A DNA stretch of 64,000 nt from an uncultured Gemmatimonadaceae bacterium (GCA_963829055.1 CAWHHI010000016.1:416001-480000), one strand, 5' to 3'. Positions 40,549-53,352 are shown, numbered from the stretch's first letter. Made by a program: numbers and translations. The notes: generated by a model not told the origin, from the sequence alone.

Positions 40549-40622
40549 CTTTCCGCCCTGACGAGCGTCGCCGTCGCCGATCGTCGCTGCGGCCGGCCGC
40601 CGACGTCCCTCTTCCGGATTCT

Positions 40623-41034
40623 ATGCGTCCCATTCGTGTTCTGGTCGCCAAGCCCGGCCTCGACGGTCACGACCGCGGCGCCAAGGTCGTCGCCGCCGCG
40701 CTGCGCGACGCCGGCATGGAGGTCATCTACACCGGCCTCCACCAGACGCCCGAGATGATCGCCACCGCCGCCGTCCAGGAGGACGTCGACGTCGTCGGCC
40801 TGTCGATCCTGAGCGGCGCGCACATGACGCTCTTTCCGCGCGTGCTCGAGCTGCTGCGCGCCGAGGGTCGCGACGACATCCTCATCACCGGCGGCGGCAT
40901 CATCCCGAGGGAGGACATGGACGCGCTGCAGGCGCATGGGCACGGGCAAGCTGTTCGGCCCCGGCACGCCGACGTCCGATCTCGTCGACTACATCAAGGC
41001 GTGGTTCGCCGAGCGGTCGACGCAGGAAGCGTGA
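40623..41034 (+). CDS. cobalamin-binding small subunit of acyl-CoA mutase (frameshifted)
   Basis: [28 protein letters not shown]. Confidence 0.92.
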
Positions 41035-42667
41035 CCGCCCGTGACACAGCCGGCTCCGCGAGCTGAGCGCCGAGCTCCGCGCGCTCGAGGCGCGCCTGCG
41101 CCAGGGCGGCGGCGCCGACAAGATCGCGCAGCAGCACACGCAGGGAAAGCTGACGGCGCGCGAGCGCATCGCGCGGCTCTGCGACGCCGGCGCGCGCTTC
41201 ATCGAGATCGGCCTGCTCGTCGCGTACGACCAGTACGACGGCCAGGCGCCCGCCGCCGGCGTCGTCACCGGCATCGGCATCGTGCACGGCCGCGCCGGTC
41301 GTCGTCGTCGCGAACGACGCGACGGTGAAGGCCGGCTCGTGGTGGCCGGAGACGATCAGGAAGATCCTGCGCGCGCAGGAGATCGCGATGCGCTGCCGCA
41401 TCCCGATCATCTATCTCGTCGACTCGGCCGGCGTGAACCTGCCGTATCAGGGCGGCGTGTTCCCCGGGCAGTACGGCGCGAGCCGCATCTTCTACTACAA
41501 CTCGATCATGCGGCGGTACCTGCGCGTGCCGCAGCTCGCCGCCGTGATGGGACCGTGCATCGCCGGCGGCGCGTATCTGCCCGGCGCTCTCCGACCTCAT
41601 CGTGATGGTGAAGGGCACGTCGTTCATGGGACTCGGCGGACCGAATCTCGTGAAGGGCGCCACCGGCCAGACGATCGACGGCGAGACGCTCGGCGGCGCC
41701 GTGACGCACACGGAGATCAGCGGCGTCGCGCACTACGCGGTGGACGACGACGACGCGTGCCTCGCGCAAGCTGCGCGATCTCGTGCGCGCAGCTGCCGCG
41801 CAGCCGCAGCGTCGCGGCGCCGCGTCCGCAGTCCGCGCGAGTCCGCGGCGCCGCAGACGCGCTCTACGATCTGCTGCCGGCCGACCACCGCATGTCGTAC
41901 GACATGCACGCAGATCCTGCGCGCCATCGTCGACGACGGCAAGCTCGACGAGTTCCAGGAGCATCTCGCGCGCGAGATGATCTGCGGCGACGCGCGCATC
42001 GACGGCATCGCCGTCGGCGTCATCGCGAACCAGCGCGGACTGATCAAGGGACGCGCCGGGCGAGAAGCCGCGCTTCGGCGGCATCGTCTACGCCGAGAGC
42101 GCGGAGAAGGTCGCGTTCTTCATCGACCGCTGCGACCGGCAGGGCATTCCGCTGCTGTTCGTGCAGGACGTCTCCGGCTTCATGGTCGGCCCCGAGGCCG
42201 AGCACGAAGGAATCATTCGCGCCGGCGCGCGCTTCGTCGAGGCGATGGCGACGGCGCGCGTGCCGAAGATCGTGCTCACGGTGAACCACGCGTCGGGCGC
42301 CGGCTACTACGCGATGGCGGGCCAGGGCTTCGATCCCGATTTCATCTTCTCGCTGGCCGACGGGACGCATGGCCGTGATGGAAGGCGAGGCCGCGGTCCA
42401 GGCGGTGCACGGCCCGGCGCTCGAGCGGCGCGAAGCAGAGCAAGCAGCCGCTCGACGCCGAGACGTCAGCGCGTCCGTCGACGAGATGCGCGCCGACTAC
42501 GAGCACCAGCTCGACGCGCGCTACGCGGCGGCGCGCGGCTTCGTCGACGCGATCGTCTATCCCGAGGAGACGCGCGACGTGCTCGCGCTCGCGCTCCGCG
42601 CCGCGCTGCACAATCCCGGGCCCGCACCTCGGCCCCTTCGTGCTTCCACCGCACTCCCGACGCATGA
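41031..42667 (+). CDS. acyl-CoA carboxylase carboxyltransferase (beta) subunit (frameshifted)
   Basis: [44 protein letters not shown]. Confidence 0.9.
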
Positions 42668-44054
42668 GTCAGCATCCGTGACAGAATCGCATCGTTCGCG
42701 TCGCCGCGGGGCAGGGCTTCTGGGGCGACTGGCTCGACGCGCCGCGCCGGCAGGTCGAAGGCGGGCCGGTCGACTACCTGATGCTCGACTATCTCGCCGA
42801 AGTCACGATGTCCATTCTGCAGAAGCAGAAGGAGCGCGACCCGAGCATGGGCTACGCGCGCGACTTCGTCGGCGCGATGGAGAGCGTGCTGCCGGCCGTC
42901 GTCGAGCGCGGCGTGCGCGTCATCGCCAACGCCGGCGGCGTGAACCCGCGTCGCGTGCGCCGAGGCGGTGCGCGACGTCGCGACGAAGCGCGGGCGCGGC
43001 GGGCAAGGTGCGGATCGGCGTCGTCACCGGCGACGACCTGCTGCCGCGCCTCGACGAGCTGATCGCCGCCGGCCACCCGCTCGCGAACATGGAGACCGGC
43101 GAGCCGCTCGTCCACCGTGCGCGATCGCGTGCTGTCGGCCAACGCGTACATCGGCTCGACGCCGATCGTCGAGGCGCTCGCGCAGCGGCGCGAACGTCGT
43201 CATCACCGGTCGCTCGACCGACACGGCGCTCACGATGGCGCCGCTGCGCCACGAGTTCGGCTGGGGCGCCGACGACTGGGACCGGCTCGCCGCCGGCATC
43301 ATCGCCGGCCACATCATCGAGTGCGGCGCGCAGTGCTCCGGCGGCAACTGCCTCTACGACTGGCGCAACATCCCCGATCTCGCGAACGTCGGCTATCCGA
43401 TCGTCGAGGCGCGCGCCGACGGCACGTTCGTCGTCACGAAGCATCCGGGCACCGGCGGGCGCATCTCCGTGCCGTCGGTCACCGAGCAGCTCGTGTACGA
43501 GATGGGCGATCCGCACGCGTACATCACGCCGGACGTCGTCGCCGACTTCACGACGATCCAGCTCGCGGCCGACGGCGACGAACCGCGTGCGCGTCTTCGG
43601 CATCAAGGGCCGCCCGGCGACGGACAAGCTGAAGGTGTCGATCGCCTATCGCGCCGGCTTCAAGGCGGTCGGCACGCTCGTCTACTCGTGGCCCGACGCG
43701 CTCGAGAAGGCGCAGCTCGCCGACCGCGTGCTGCGCGAGCGGCTCGACAACCTCGGCCTTCGCTTCGACCAGATCCTCACCGAGTTCGTCGGCGTGTCCG
43801 CGACGCACGGCCCGCTCGCCGGCCACGCCGGCCGACGCGCCGGAAGTGCAGCTTCGCATCGGCGTGCGCTCGGCCGGATCGCAAGCGGCGGTCGAGCGCT
43901 TCACGCGCGAGATCGCGCCGCTCGTGCTCAACGGACCGCCGAGCGTCACGGGCTTCGCCGGCGGCCGCCCGAAGGTCGAGGAGATCGTCGCCTACTGGCC
44001 CGCGCTCGTCGACAAGACGCGTCGTCCAGACGCAGCGTCGAGGTGCTCGCATGA
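42664..44054 (+). CDS. AtuA-family (acyclic terpene utilisation) protein (frameshifted)
   Basis: [49 protein letters not shown]. Confidence 0.87.
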
Positions 44055-44406
44055 AGGTCCGCCTCGTGGACATCGCGCACGCGCGCTCGGGCGACAAGGG
44101 CGACACCGCGAACGTCGGCGTCATCGCGCTCGAGCCGCGAGTGGTATCGCGTTGCTCGTCGCAGTACGCTCACGCGCGAGCGCGTCGCCGCAGCACTTCC
44201 GCGGCGTCATCACCGGCGACGTCGAGCGCTTCGAGCTGCCGAACCTCAACGCGCTCAACTTCCTGCTGCACGGCGCGCTCGACGGCGGCGGAACGCTGTC
44301 GCTCAAGACGGACGCGCAGGGCAAGGTGTTCTCGACCGCGATGCTTCGCATGGTGCTCGACGTCCCCGACGCCGAAGCAAGCTCGCTCGGCCTCCCATCG
44401 GCGTGA
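44051..44406 (+). CDS. AtuA-associated small protein (AtuA C-terminal-like; frameshifted)
   Basis: [29 protein letters not shown]. Confidence 0.82.
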
Positions 44407-44437
44407 CGGCGAGCCACACCGTCAGGAGGATGGTGAC

Positions 44438-44602
44438 ATGGATCGCTTGGCGGTGCTCAAGATCGCGTTCGCGCTCGCCGGCGTCGGGATCTTTGGCTAC
44501 GGCGTGCAGAGTCGAGGACGCGGTGGTGCGATGGGTGCGGCATTGCACTGCGTCGTCGCCGCGTTCCTGCTGCGCTTCGTGAAGAAGCGTCCGGTCGAAT
44601 AG
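44438..44602 (+). CDS. small two-TM hypothetical protein
   Basis: AGGAGG RBS upstream; hydrophobic helices ending RFVKKRPVE. Confidence 0.55.
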   Translation: MDRLAVLKIAFALAGVGIFGYGVQSRGRGGAMGAALHCVVAAFLLRFVKKRPVE

Positions 44603-44648
44603 TCGAGCCGAGCCACGGCTCGGGCGAGGCGCGCTATCTTTCGAGGCG

Positions 44649-47190
44649 ATGCGTCCCGCCCGCCGTACCCCGAGCTGCTCGCTCCCGCCGGCTCACTCGA
44701 CGCCGTCCGCGCCGCTGTCGCGAACGGTGCGGACGCCGTGTACCTCGGCGCCGAGCGGTTCAACGCGCGCGACGAGGGCGCGCAGCTCACGCTCGACGAG
44801 CTCGAGCGCGCGTGCCGCTCGCGCACGCGCGGGCGTTCGCATCTACCTCACGCTCAACATCCTCATCAAGCCCGACGAGCTCGCCGACGCGCTCGATGTT
44901 CCTCGGCGACGCGATCGATCGCGGCATCGACGCGGCCATCGTGCAGGACATCGGGCTCGTGCGGCTCATCCAGCGCGGTCTATCCCGGGCTTCGAGATCC
45001 ACGGCTCGACGCAGATGACGGTGCACGACGCCAGCGGCGCGCGCGGTCATGCGCGAGCTCGGCGTCGACCGCGTCGTGCTCGCGCGCGAGAACACGCTCG
45101 ACGACATCCGGGCGATCCGCGCCGCCGTGCCCGACCTCGGACTCGAGACGTTCGTGCACGGCGCGCTCTGCATCTCGTACTCCGGCCAGTGCTACATGTC
45201 GGGGATGATCTCCGAGCGCAGCGCGAATCGCGGCTCGTGCGCGCAGTCGTGCCGCAAGGACTACGTACTCACCGACGCCGCGACCGGGCAGGAGCTCGAT
45301 CGCGGCTTCCTCATCTCGGCGAAGGACCTCGGCGCGCTCACGATCACCTCGCGGAGATCGCGGAGGCCGGCATCGGCTGCCTCAAGGTCGAAGGGCGGAA
45401 GAAGAAGCCCGAGTACGTCGCGACGGTCACGCATGGCTATCGCGAGTTTCTCGACCGCCTGGAGCAGGGCGATCCGTGGCGCCGCCGTCGTCCGAGGACG
45501 TGCAGCCGCTCGTCCAGATCTACAGCCGCGGCTTCACGCGGCGGCATGTACGGCGGTCGAGCGGGCCGCGACTACATCACGCGCACGCAGCCCGACAATC
45601 ACGGCGTCGTGATCGGCGAAGTCGTTGGACGTGAGGGCGGCGAGCTCCTCGTCGACGTCACGACGCCCATCGACGTCGGCGATGGCCTCGGCTTCGAGGC
45701 TCCCGAGGGGACGAAGGCGCCCACGTTAGGCTTCGCGGTGTCCGCCGTGCGGACCGTGCGTGAGCACGCGGCGGCGAACGCGTCAGGCGATCGCGACGCA
45801 GAACCACCGTGCCCGCCGGCTGGACCGTGCTGCGGACGTCGCACGCCGCGCTGCTCGAGCGCGCGCGCGCGAGCTTCGCCGAGCTGCCGGCGCCGGTGCG
45901 CACGCGGCGCGCGCGGCTGGACGTGCGGCTGTTCGGCGCCGCCGGCGCACCGCTCAAGGTCGTCGTCGAGTGCGGACGGCGAACAGGTCACCGTGCGCGG
46001 CGAGGTGCCGCTGTCGCCCGCGCGCGCCCACGCTCTCGATGTATCGAGGCTTCGCGAGCAGTTCGGCCGCCTCGGCGAGACGCCGTTCGCGCTCGGCGAG
46101 CTCGACATCGCAGGACTGCGCCAGCGGGCTGTTTCTGCCGATGAGCGAGCTGAATCACCTGCGGCAACAGATCGTGGACGAGCTGTTGCTGCGTCGCGAC
46201 TGGGCTGCGTCCACGCGTGCTGCAGATCGCGCAGCAACGATCGCCGCCGCGATAGCCAACGTGCCGGTGGCTGGCCCGCCCGCGATGCATCCGTCGTTCC
46301 CGGCATCACGGTAACCGCGCCGAGCCACACGGAGTTCGTGCTCAGCGCGGAGGTGTATCGCGTCGAAGACGCCCGCGCCGCGGCGGATGCCGGCGCCACC
46401 GAAGTCACGTTCGATCCGTTTCTGCGTCACCCCGCTCCTCCCGCTGCCCGCGTTAGGGCGCTGGCAGAGGAGCTCTCGGCCCGCGGCGTCTCGCTTCGCT
46501 TGCGCACGCCGACGATCGTTCGGCCCGAGGACCGGCGCTCGCTCGAGAAGTGGCTCGCGCTCGAGATGCCGATTCTCTCGGGCCATCTTGGGTCTCGTCG
46601 CCGAGTTGTCGCGCGCCGGTCGCGACGTGATCGCGGACTACGCGGTGAACTGCTTCAACCAGCACACCGCGGCGGAGGTATTCCGGCTCGGTGCTCGGCG
46701 CATCGTCATGTCGATCGAGCTCACGACGGGCGAGCTCGCCGCCGTCGTTGCGCCGTGGAGCGGCCGTGGGTTCGACGTCCTCGTGTACGGCCGGCCCGAG
46801 GGCATGACGATCGAGCACTGCGTGTTGTCCGCGGCGTTCGACCGCGAGCCGACGACGTGCCGCGACCTGTGCGTGCAGAAGCACCCGATCGTCGAGCTCA
46901 CGGATCCGGCGGGCTACACGTTCGCCGTCGCGACCGATTCGGCGTGTCGCAATCGGCTGCTGCACTCGAGACCCATCGAAGCGTCCGAGTATCTGCCGCG
47001 GCTCTGGCAGTCGGGCATTCGCGGATTCCGCACCGTGTTCAACGTGCCCGGCGATCCGATCCGCGATGTGGTCGCGGGCTATCGCTCTGCGCTCGACGCG
47101 TTGGCGTCAGGATCGACGGTACAGGCGTCCGCGGTTCGCGAGCTCGTCGGTGCGAGGTTCACGCGCGGCCACTTCGCTCGCGCGGTTTGA
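44649..47190 (+). CDS. U32-family Fe-S protein, RlhA-like (frameshifted)
   Basis: PELLAPAG, GADAVYLG, HGALCISYSGQC...NRGSCAQSCR, LKVEGRKK, C-terminal TRGHF. Confidence 0.85.
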
Positions 47191-47197
47191 GCGCGTT

Positions 47198-47330
47198 GTC
47201 ATTCCGAGCGACGCCGGTCATTCGAGCAAGGCGACAGCGAGTCGAGGAATCGCGATCCTGCTCGGTAGAGGGCTCTCTGCCAGCGCATGAGTCGCGATTC
47301 CTCGACTGCGCTTCGCTCGCTCGGAATGAC
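47198..47330. repeat. REP/MITE-like nested palindrome
   Basis: Terminal IR GTCATTCCGAGCGA / TCGCTCGGAATGAC plus a perfect inner 16-bp IR (47240-47255 / 47292-47307). Confidence 0.85.
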
Positions 47331-47417
47331 GCGCGTCCTCGTCGCAACACGACGATGATGGTCCACGTCAGAGCAGCTGGTTATTGTTCGACGTGACCAC
47401 CGATGTAGAGCCCGAGA

Positions 47418-49496
47418 TGTTGATGGAGAAGGCCCGCGCCACGTTGCGCGAGTCGTTCGGCTACCCGGGATTCCGCCCCGGACAGGAGCGCGCGATCGCC
47501 TCCGTCCTCGGCGGCCGAGACACGCTCGTCGTGCTGCCTACCGGCGGTGGGAAGTCGCTGTGCTACCAGGTGCCCGCGCTGATGCTGCCGGGACTCACCG
47601 TCGTCGTGTCGCCGCTGATCTCGCTCATGAAGGATCAGGTCGACGCGCTGAACGCACGCGGTCTCGCCGCGACATTCATCAACAGCACGCTCACGAGCTC
47701 ACAGGTCTCCGATCGCCTCGCGCGCGCCGGGCGTGGTGACCTCAAGCTGCTGTACGTCGCGCCGGAGCGCTTCGACGTCGGCACTACGGCCGAGCGGCTG
47801 CGAGCCATGGGCGTGTCGCTACTGGCCGTGGACGAGGCCCACTGCATCAGCGAGTGGGGCCACGACTTCCGGCCGAGCTATCTGCGCATGCGCGACGTGC
47901 GCGAGCGGCTCGGCGCGCCGCCCACTATCGCGCTGACGGCGACGGCGACGCCCGAGGTCCGCAAGGACATTGCGCTGCAGCTCGCACTGCGAAATCCCGA
48001 GCATCATCGTCACGGGCTTCGATCGCACGAACCTGCACTATCACGTGCTGCCCACGCGCAACGAGCAGGAGAAGGACGACGCGCTGGTGCAGACCCTGAA
48101 GGACCACGAGGGCGTCGCCGTCATCTACGCGTCGACGCGACGCAACGTCGAACGGATCGCCGGAGTTCTGGAGCGCGCGCGCATGTCGGCGACGGCATAT
48201 CACGCGGGACTCGATGACGCACACCGGCACGACGTGCAGGAAAGCTTCATGAACGAGCGCGTCCGCGCGATCGTCGCCACGAACGCGTTCGGCATGGGCA
48301 TCGACAAGCCTAACGTGCGACTCGTGGTGCATCACGCGATGCCGGGCACGCTCGAGGCGTACTACCAGGAGGCCGGTCGTGCCGGCCGCGATGGGCAGCA
48401 CTCCGAGTGCGTGCTGCTTCACTCGTTCCCGGACCGGTTCACGCACGAGTTCTTCATCAAGGGTGCGTACCCCGAGCGCGCGCTCGTGGAGTCGGTCTAC
48501 AACGCGCTGCGCCGAGTCGTGGATGGTTCGGGCATGACCGACCTCGGCTCCGCGGAGATTGCGAGGCTGGTTCCCGGCAAGGTCGGCGACCGCGAAGTCG
48601 ACTCCGTGCTTCGTATTCTGATGAAGGCCGACGCCGTACGCCGCGAGTCCGAGTCGGGATCGTCCGTGCTCATTCGACTGCTGGCTACGCCAGAGCGCAT
48701 CAAGCGCGAACTGCCCGATCCGCACAACCCGGAGCTTGGATTGCTGCGCGCGCTCTGGCGTGCCGTCGGCGCCCGCCTCCATGACGGCGCCGTTGTGAGC
48801 CTGGACGGGCTTCCACCCGGGTTCAGCGGGGCGAGTACCGCCATTCCCCTGCTGTCCTCACTGCAGTCACGGCAGTTCCTGACCTGGGAGCGCATTGGCG
48901 GCGGCACTCGCCTCACGAACCCGAGCGCACCCTTGTCGTCCTTCGACGTGGAGTGGGCAGTGCTCGATCGGCGACGCCGTGCTGATCTCGCAAAGCTCGA
49001 TGCCATGCAGAAATACGCGTACACGACCGGTTGCCGCCGCGCCTTTGTTCTTCGATATTTCGGTGACGAAGCCGGTCGGGGAACCTGCGGCGGTTGCGAT
49101 AACTGCCTTGGCGTCCACGTCGGCAAGGAGCGTCAGCAGCCGGCACCAGCCCGAACGCGTCGTGAGAAGGCGGCGCCGGTAGCGGGCAGCCGAGGTTCGG
49201 CTCGACCGCGAAGTGCGCAGGCCGATCCGGAGCCTGGAACGGACCTGGTGCTGGACGGTGCGGACGCGAGGCTGTTTGCCACGCTGAAGTCCCTTCGAAG
49301 CTCGATCGCGCGCGAGGAGAAGGTCCCGGCATACGTGGTGTTCTCCGACCGTACGCTGGCCGAGTTGGCTGCACGAAAGCCGCGATCGACAGCGTCACTG
49401 CTCGAGGTGCGCGGTGTAGGACAGGCGAAGTTGGACAAATACGGCGAGCGATTCCTCGCCGCCATCAAGGGCGCAGACGAAACCGAAGCCGCGTAA
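47418..49496 (+). CDS. recQ: RecQ-family DNA helicase (one frameshift near 48.0 kb; start approximate)
   Basis: PTGGGKSLCYQ, DEAHCISEWGHDFRP, QEAGRAGRDG, CRR...CGGCDNC, C-terminal HRDC. Confidence 0.92.
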
Positions 49497-49549
49497 TGAC
49501 GGGACGGAACCGCGTCGACCCATTCAAGCCGTAACGGCCGGCCGCACCT

Positions 49550-50767
49550 ATGGACGATTCTCTGTATTTCAGCGAGCAACACCTGGCGGTTCGCGAGATG
49601 GTTCGCGGCTTCGCCCAGGACGAGGTGGCTCCTGTCGCGTCGCAGCTGGACGAGCGCGCCGAGTTTCCCTGGGAAAACATCAAGAAGATGGGCGAGCTCG
49701 GACTCCTCGGCGTGCCGTGGTCCGAGGAGCTCGGTGGCGCGGGTCTCGACTACATCGCCTACATGATGGCGATCCACGAGATGGCGAAGGTCGACGCTTC
49801 GCACGCCATCACCATCTCGGCCCACACGACACTGGGCACGTCGCCCATCGTCCACTTCGGAACGCCTGCGCAGCGCGAGCGCTACGTGCCGTTGCTGGCC
49901 TCGGGCAAGGTGCTCGGTGGGTTCGGTCTCACAGAGGAAAGCGCGGGCAGCGACGCTGGCGGCACGCGGACGATGGCCGTGCGGAAGAACGGCCACTACG
50001 TCCTGAACGGATCGAAGCGCTTCATCACGCACGGCGGTGTCGGTGAGATCTTCGTCGTTACGGCCGTCACCGACCCGAAGAAAGGAACGAAGGGCATCTC
50101 CTCGTTCATCATGACGAAGCCGACGTCCGACCTGCAGAAGGCTGCGGCGGTCGGGGTCGGGCACGACGCCTCGCTTCCGGCCATGGCTGGATTCAGATCG
50201 GGGAAGAAGGAAGACAAGCTCGGATGGCGTGCGTCGGACACGTGCGAGCTGATCTTCGAGGACGTCGAAGTACCGGTCGAGAACCTGCTCGGCAAAGAGG
50301 GGCAGGGGTTCATCAACTTCATGCGGACGCTCGACGCCGGCCGCATCGGCCTCGCGGCACTCTCGTTAGGCCTGGCCGAGGGCGCGTTCGAGCAGGCCAT
50401 GCGGTATGCGACCGTTCGCCGTCAGTTCGGCAAGCCCATCTTCGAATTTCAGGGCCTGCAGTTCCAGCTGTCGGACATGGCCACGGAGATCGAAGCGGGG
50501 AAGCACCTCATGTATCACGCGGCCTGGCTTGCGCAGCATGGCAAGCCGTTCACGAAGCAGGCGGCCATGGCGAAGCTGTTCTGCTCCGAGGTCGCGATGC
50601 GGACCACGCTCAAGGCCATTCAGGTGCACGGCGGGTACGGATACACGCGCGACTACCCGGTCGAGCGGATGATGCGCGATGCAAAGATCTGCGAGATCGG
50701 CGAGGGAACGTCGGAGATCCAACGCCTCGTGATCGCGCGGAGTCTCCTGCGGGAGATGGCTGATTGA
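49550..50767 (+). CDS. acyl-CoA dehydrogenase (short/branched-chain type)
   Basis: [43 protein letters not shown]. Confidence 0.93.
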   Translation: MDDSLYFSEQHLAVREMVRGFAQDEVAPVASQLDERAEFPWENIKKMGELGLLGVPWSEELGGAGLDYIAYMMAIHEMAKVDASHAITISAHTTLGTSPIVHFGTPAQRERYVPLLASGKVLGGFGLTEESAGSDAGGTRTMAVRKNGHYVLNGSKRFITHGGVGEIFVVTAVTDPKKGTKGISSFIMTKPTSDLQKAAAVGVGHDASLPAMAGFRSGKKEDKLGWRASDTCELIFEDVEVPVENLLGKEGQGFINFMRTLDAGRIGLAALSLGLAEGAFEQAMRYATVRRQFGKPIFEFQGLQFQLSDMATEIEAGKHLMYHAAWLAQHGKPFTKQAAMAKLFCSEVAMRTTLKAIQVHGGYGYTRDYPVERMMRDAKICEIGEGTSEIQRLVIARSLLREMAD

Positions 50768-51321
50768 CCTTCGAGCAAGCCGCGAGGCGACTGCGATTAC
50801 CGCTCGGCTTTCTTCTGGCGGCGTTGTATCTCGCGTTCGGGCCTCGGCCCACACCGATCACGCTGGCGGTGGGCGGTGGCTTGGCACTCGTTGGGCTGTT
50901 GATTCGCGCGTGGGCGGCTGGGCACATCGTCAAGAACGACCGGTTGGCCACGACCGGCCCGTACGCCCACACCCGCAATCCGCTGTACTTCGGCAGCTTC
51001 CTGATCGCTGCCGGCTTTGCCGTCGCGGCGCACTGGTCGCTGTTGTTGATCGTCATCGCGTTCTTTGCGCTTGTGTACGGCCCGACGATTGAGAAAGAGC
51101 GCTCGAAGATCAGCGCACGGTTCCCCGACGCATACGCCCGCTGGGAACAGAACGTCCCTGCGTTCGTGCCGCGGCCAATGCCATGGCGTGACCCTATGGC
51201 CGCGGAGTCCGAACGGTTCAGTCCGTCGCTCTACATGCGTCATGGTGAATGGCGGGCGGGGCTGGGATTTATCCTCGCTCTCGTATGGCTCGTCCTGCGA
51301 ATGAGAGGCGATCTATGGTGA
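50764..51321 (+). CDS. isoprenylcysteine carboxylmethyltransferase/PEMT-family membrane protein
   Basis: [17 protein letters not shown] motif with TM helices. Confidence 0.82.
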   Translation: MTFEQAARRLRLPLGFLLAALYLAFGPRPTPITLAVGGGLALVGLLIRAWAAGHIVKNDRLATTGPYAHTRNPLYFGSFLIAAGFAVAAHWSLLLIVIAFFALVYGPTIEKERSKISARFPDAYARWEQNVPAFVPRPMPWRDPMAAESERFSPSLYMRHGEWRAGLGFILALVWLVLRMRGDLW

Positions 51322-51784
51322 CCGCTCATTCCGCTCCAAAGCTTTTTGCACGGTCGGTCGTGATCGACGCCCTGGGCGTGATCGCGCGGCTCTGTGCACT
51401 CGTTGGTTCCCCCGTTTGGCGCGCCGTGCGACTCGCGGCGCGTCTTGCGTTGCCGCCGCGGTTCCGGCGCCCCGAGCGGGCGTCGGTGGATCGCGGCTCT
51501 TCTGCCCGGTACGGCGCCGTCACGGCGATCAGCGATCGCACGCAACACCGTTCACTGCGGGTTTCGACCGAGCGCGTTTCACCGCCTCTGGCGGTGCACG
51601 ACGCGCGATCGAGTCGAACACCTGCCGGACGTTGCGTGGCCGATCACGTACCGACAGCTGAAGACACGACACATCGGGACGCATTGCCCGCCCACGCGGC
51701 GTGCAGGTGCGTCCACCCTCACTCTTTCCCATGGCCGTACAACCGCCGAGGAGTCGCCTCGGTGGAGATTGTCGGCCGAGCCAC

Positions 51785-53344
51785 ATGAAGCGAGAAATTC
51801 TCATCAATGCGAATCCGCGCGAAACGCGGGTCGCGATCATCGAGGACGACCAGCTGGTCGAATTGCTCGTCGACCGTCCCGAAGCCCGGCGGATGGTTGG
51901 CGACATTTACCTCGGTAAAGTCGAAGCGGTTCTCCCGGGCATCCAGGCGGCGTTCGTGGACATCGGCACTGAAAAGAGTGCCTTTCTCCATGCGTCCGAC
52001 CTCGTCTTCGACGAGGACGGGGATGATGACGACGACGAAGAAGAAGAGGGCGGAGAAGCCGACGAGGCAGACACGCCGGCCCGAGGCCGTCGCGCGAAAG
52101 CACCTGCGATTCAGGATGTTCTGAAGCGTGGCCAGGAGATCCTGGTGCAGATCTCCAAGGAACCGATCTCCACGAAGGGCCCACGCGTCACCGCGCAGAT
52201 ATCGATGGCCGGCCGGTTCCTCGTGTACATGCCGTTCGCGAGTCGAGTCGGCGTCAGTCGAAAGATCGGCGAGCGCGCGGAACGGCAGCGGCTCCGCGAA
52301 CAGGTGCAGAGCGTGCTCCCGCCTGATTCAGGTGGTGTCATCGTCCGCACGGTCGGCGAGGACGTCACGCAGGAGACGTTCAGCCGCGAACTGAACACGC
52401 TCATCACGCAGTGGAAGCGGATCAAGAAGAAGACCCATTTCCTCCGCTCTCCCGCACTGGTACACCGCGAGACGAGCCTCACGCGCGGCATCATCCGCGA
52501 CCTGTTCAGCACGAAGATCGAGGGACTGACGGTCGACTCGAAGCAGGTCTACAACGAAATCGTCGAGTACCTGAAGGGCATCGCGCCCGAGCTCGTCGAC
52601 CGGATCAAGCTCCATGAAGAGCCCGTCCCGTTGTTCGACAAGGCTGAGATCGAAACGGAGATCCGTGACCTGTTCAAACGTCGGTGTGATCTGCCGTCTG
52701 GCGGCTACCTGATCATCGAGCCGACGGAGGCGCTGGTCTCGATCGACATCAACTCGGGGCGCTACACGGGCAAGAAGGATCCCGAGAAGACGATTCTGAA
52801 AACGAACGTCGAGGCGGCACGCGAGGTCGCTCGCCAGCTGCGCCTTCGAGACGTCGGTGGCATCATCGTGTGCGACTTCATCGACATGGAGTCGAAGCAG
52901 AATCGCGACCGGGTCCTTCAGGAGCTGCGAACCCACCTCGGACGTGACCGGGCGCGGACGAAGGCGTTCGCGGTCAGCGACCTGGGTCTGATCGAGATGA
53001 CACGGCAACGCGTGCGGCAGAGCCATCTGCAGAGCATGACGGAGCCGTGTCAGACGTGCCACGGCACCGGTCGGGTGTTCACGCCGGAAACGATCATCCG
53101 CCGGATGGAGCGTTCGGTGAAGCGCATGGCGGTGGAGGGCCGCCGCGATCACCTCGTGATCCGGCTGCACCCGGACGTCGCCATGTATGTGCTGGAGCAG
53201 GAGCCGGACATCATGAAGAAGCTCGAAAAAGCTGCCGGCTTCTCGCTGGAAGTCCGTGATGACCCGCTACTTCGTCCCGACGAGTTCAAGCTGGTGGTGA
53301 AGGGCGCAGGTCGAGACGTTACGCAGCAGTACGCCGTCGCCTAG
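51785..53344 (+). CDS. rng: Rne/Rng family ribonuclease
   Basis: GDIYLGKV, AAFVDIG, KEPISTKG, IDINSG, RLRDVGGIIVCDFIDM, CQTCHGTG; about 520 aa with no long CTD. Confidence 0.9.
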   Translation: MKREILINANPRETRVAIIEDDQLVELLVDRPEARRMVGDIYLGKVEAVLPGIQAAFVDIGTEKSAFLHASDLVFDEDGDDDDDEEEEGGEADEADTPARGRRAKAPAIQDVLKRGQEILVQISKEPISTKGPRVTAQISMAGRFLVYMPFASRVGVSRKIGERAERQRLREQVQSVLPPDSGGVIVRTVGEDVTQETFSRELNTLITQWKRIKKKTHFLRSPALVHRETSLTRGIIRDLFSTKIEGLTVDSKQVYNEIVEYLKGIAPELVDRIKLHEEPVPLFDKAEIETEIRDLFKRRCDLPSGGYLIIEPTEALVSIDINSGRYTGKKDPEKTILKTNVEAAREVARQLRLRDVGGIIVCDFIDMESKQNRDRVLQELRTHLGRDRARTKAFAVSDLGLIEMTRQRVRQSHLQSMTEPCQTCHGTGRVFTPETIIRRMERSVKRMAVEGRRDHLVIRLHPDVAMYVLEQEPDIMKKLEKAAGFSLEVRDDPLLRPDEFKLVVKGAGRDVTQQYAVA

Positions 53345-53352
53345 ACAACGGC

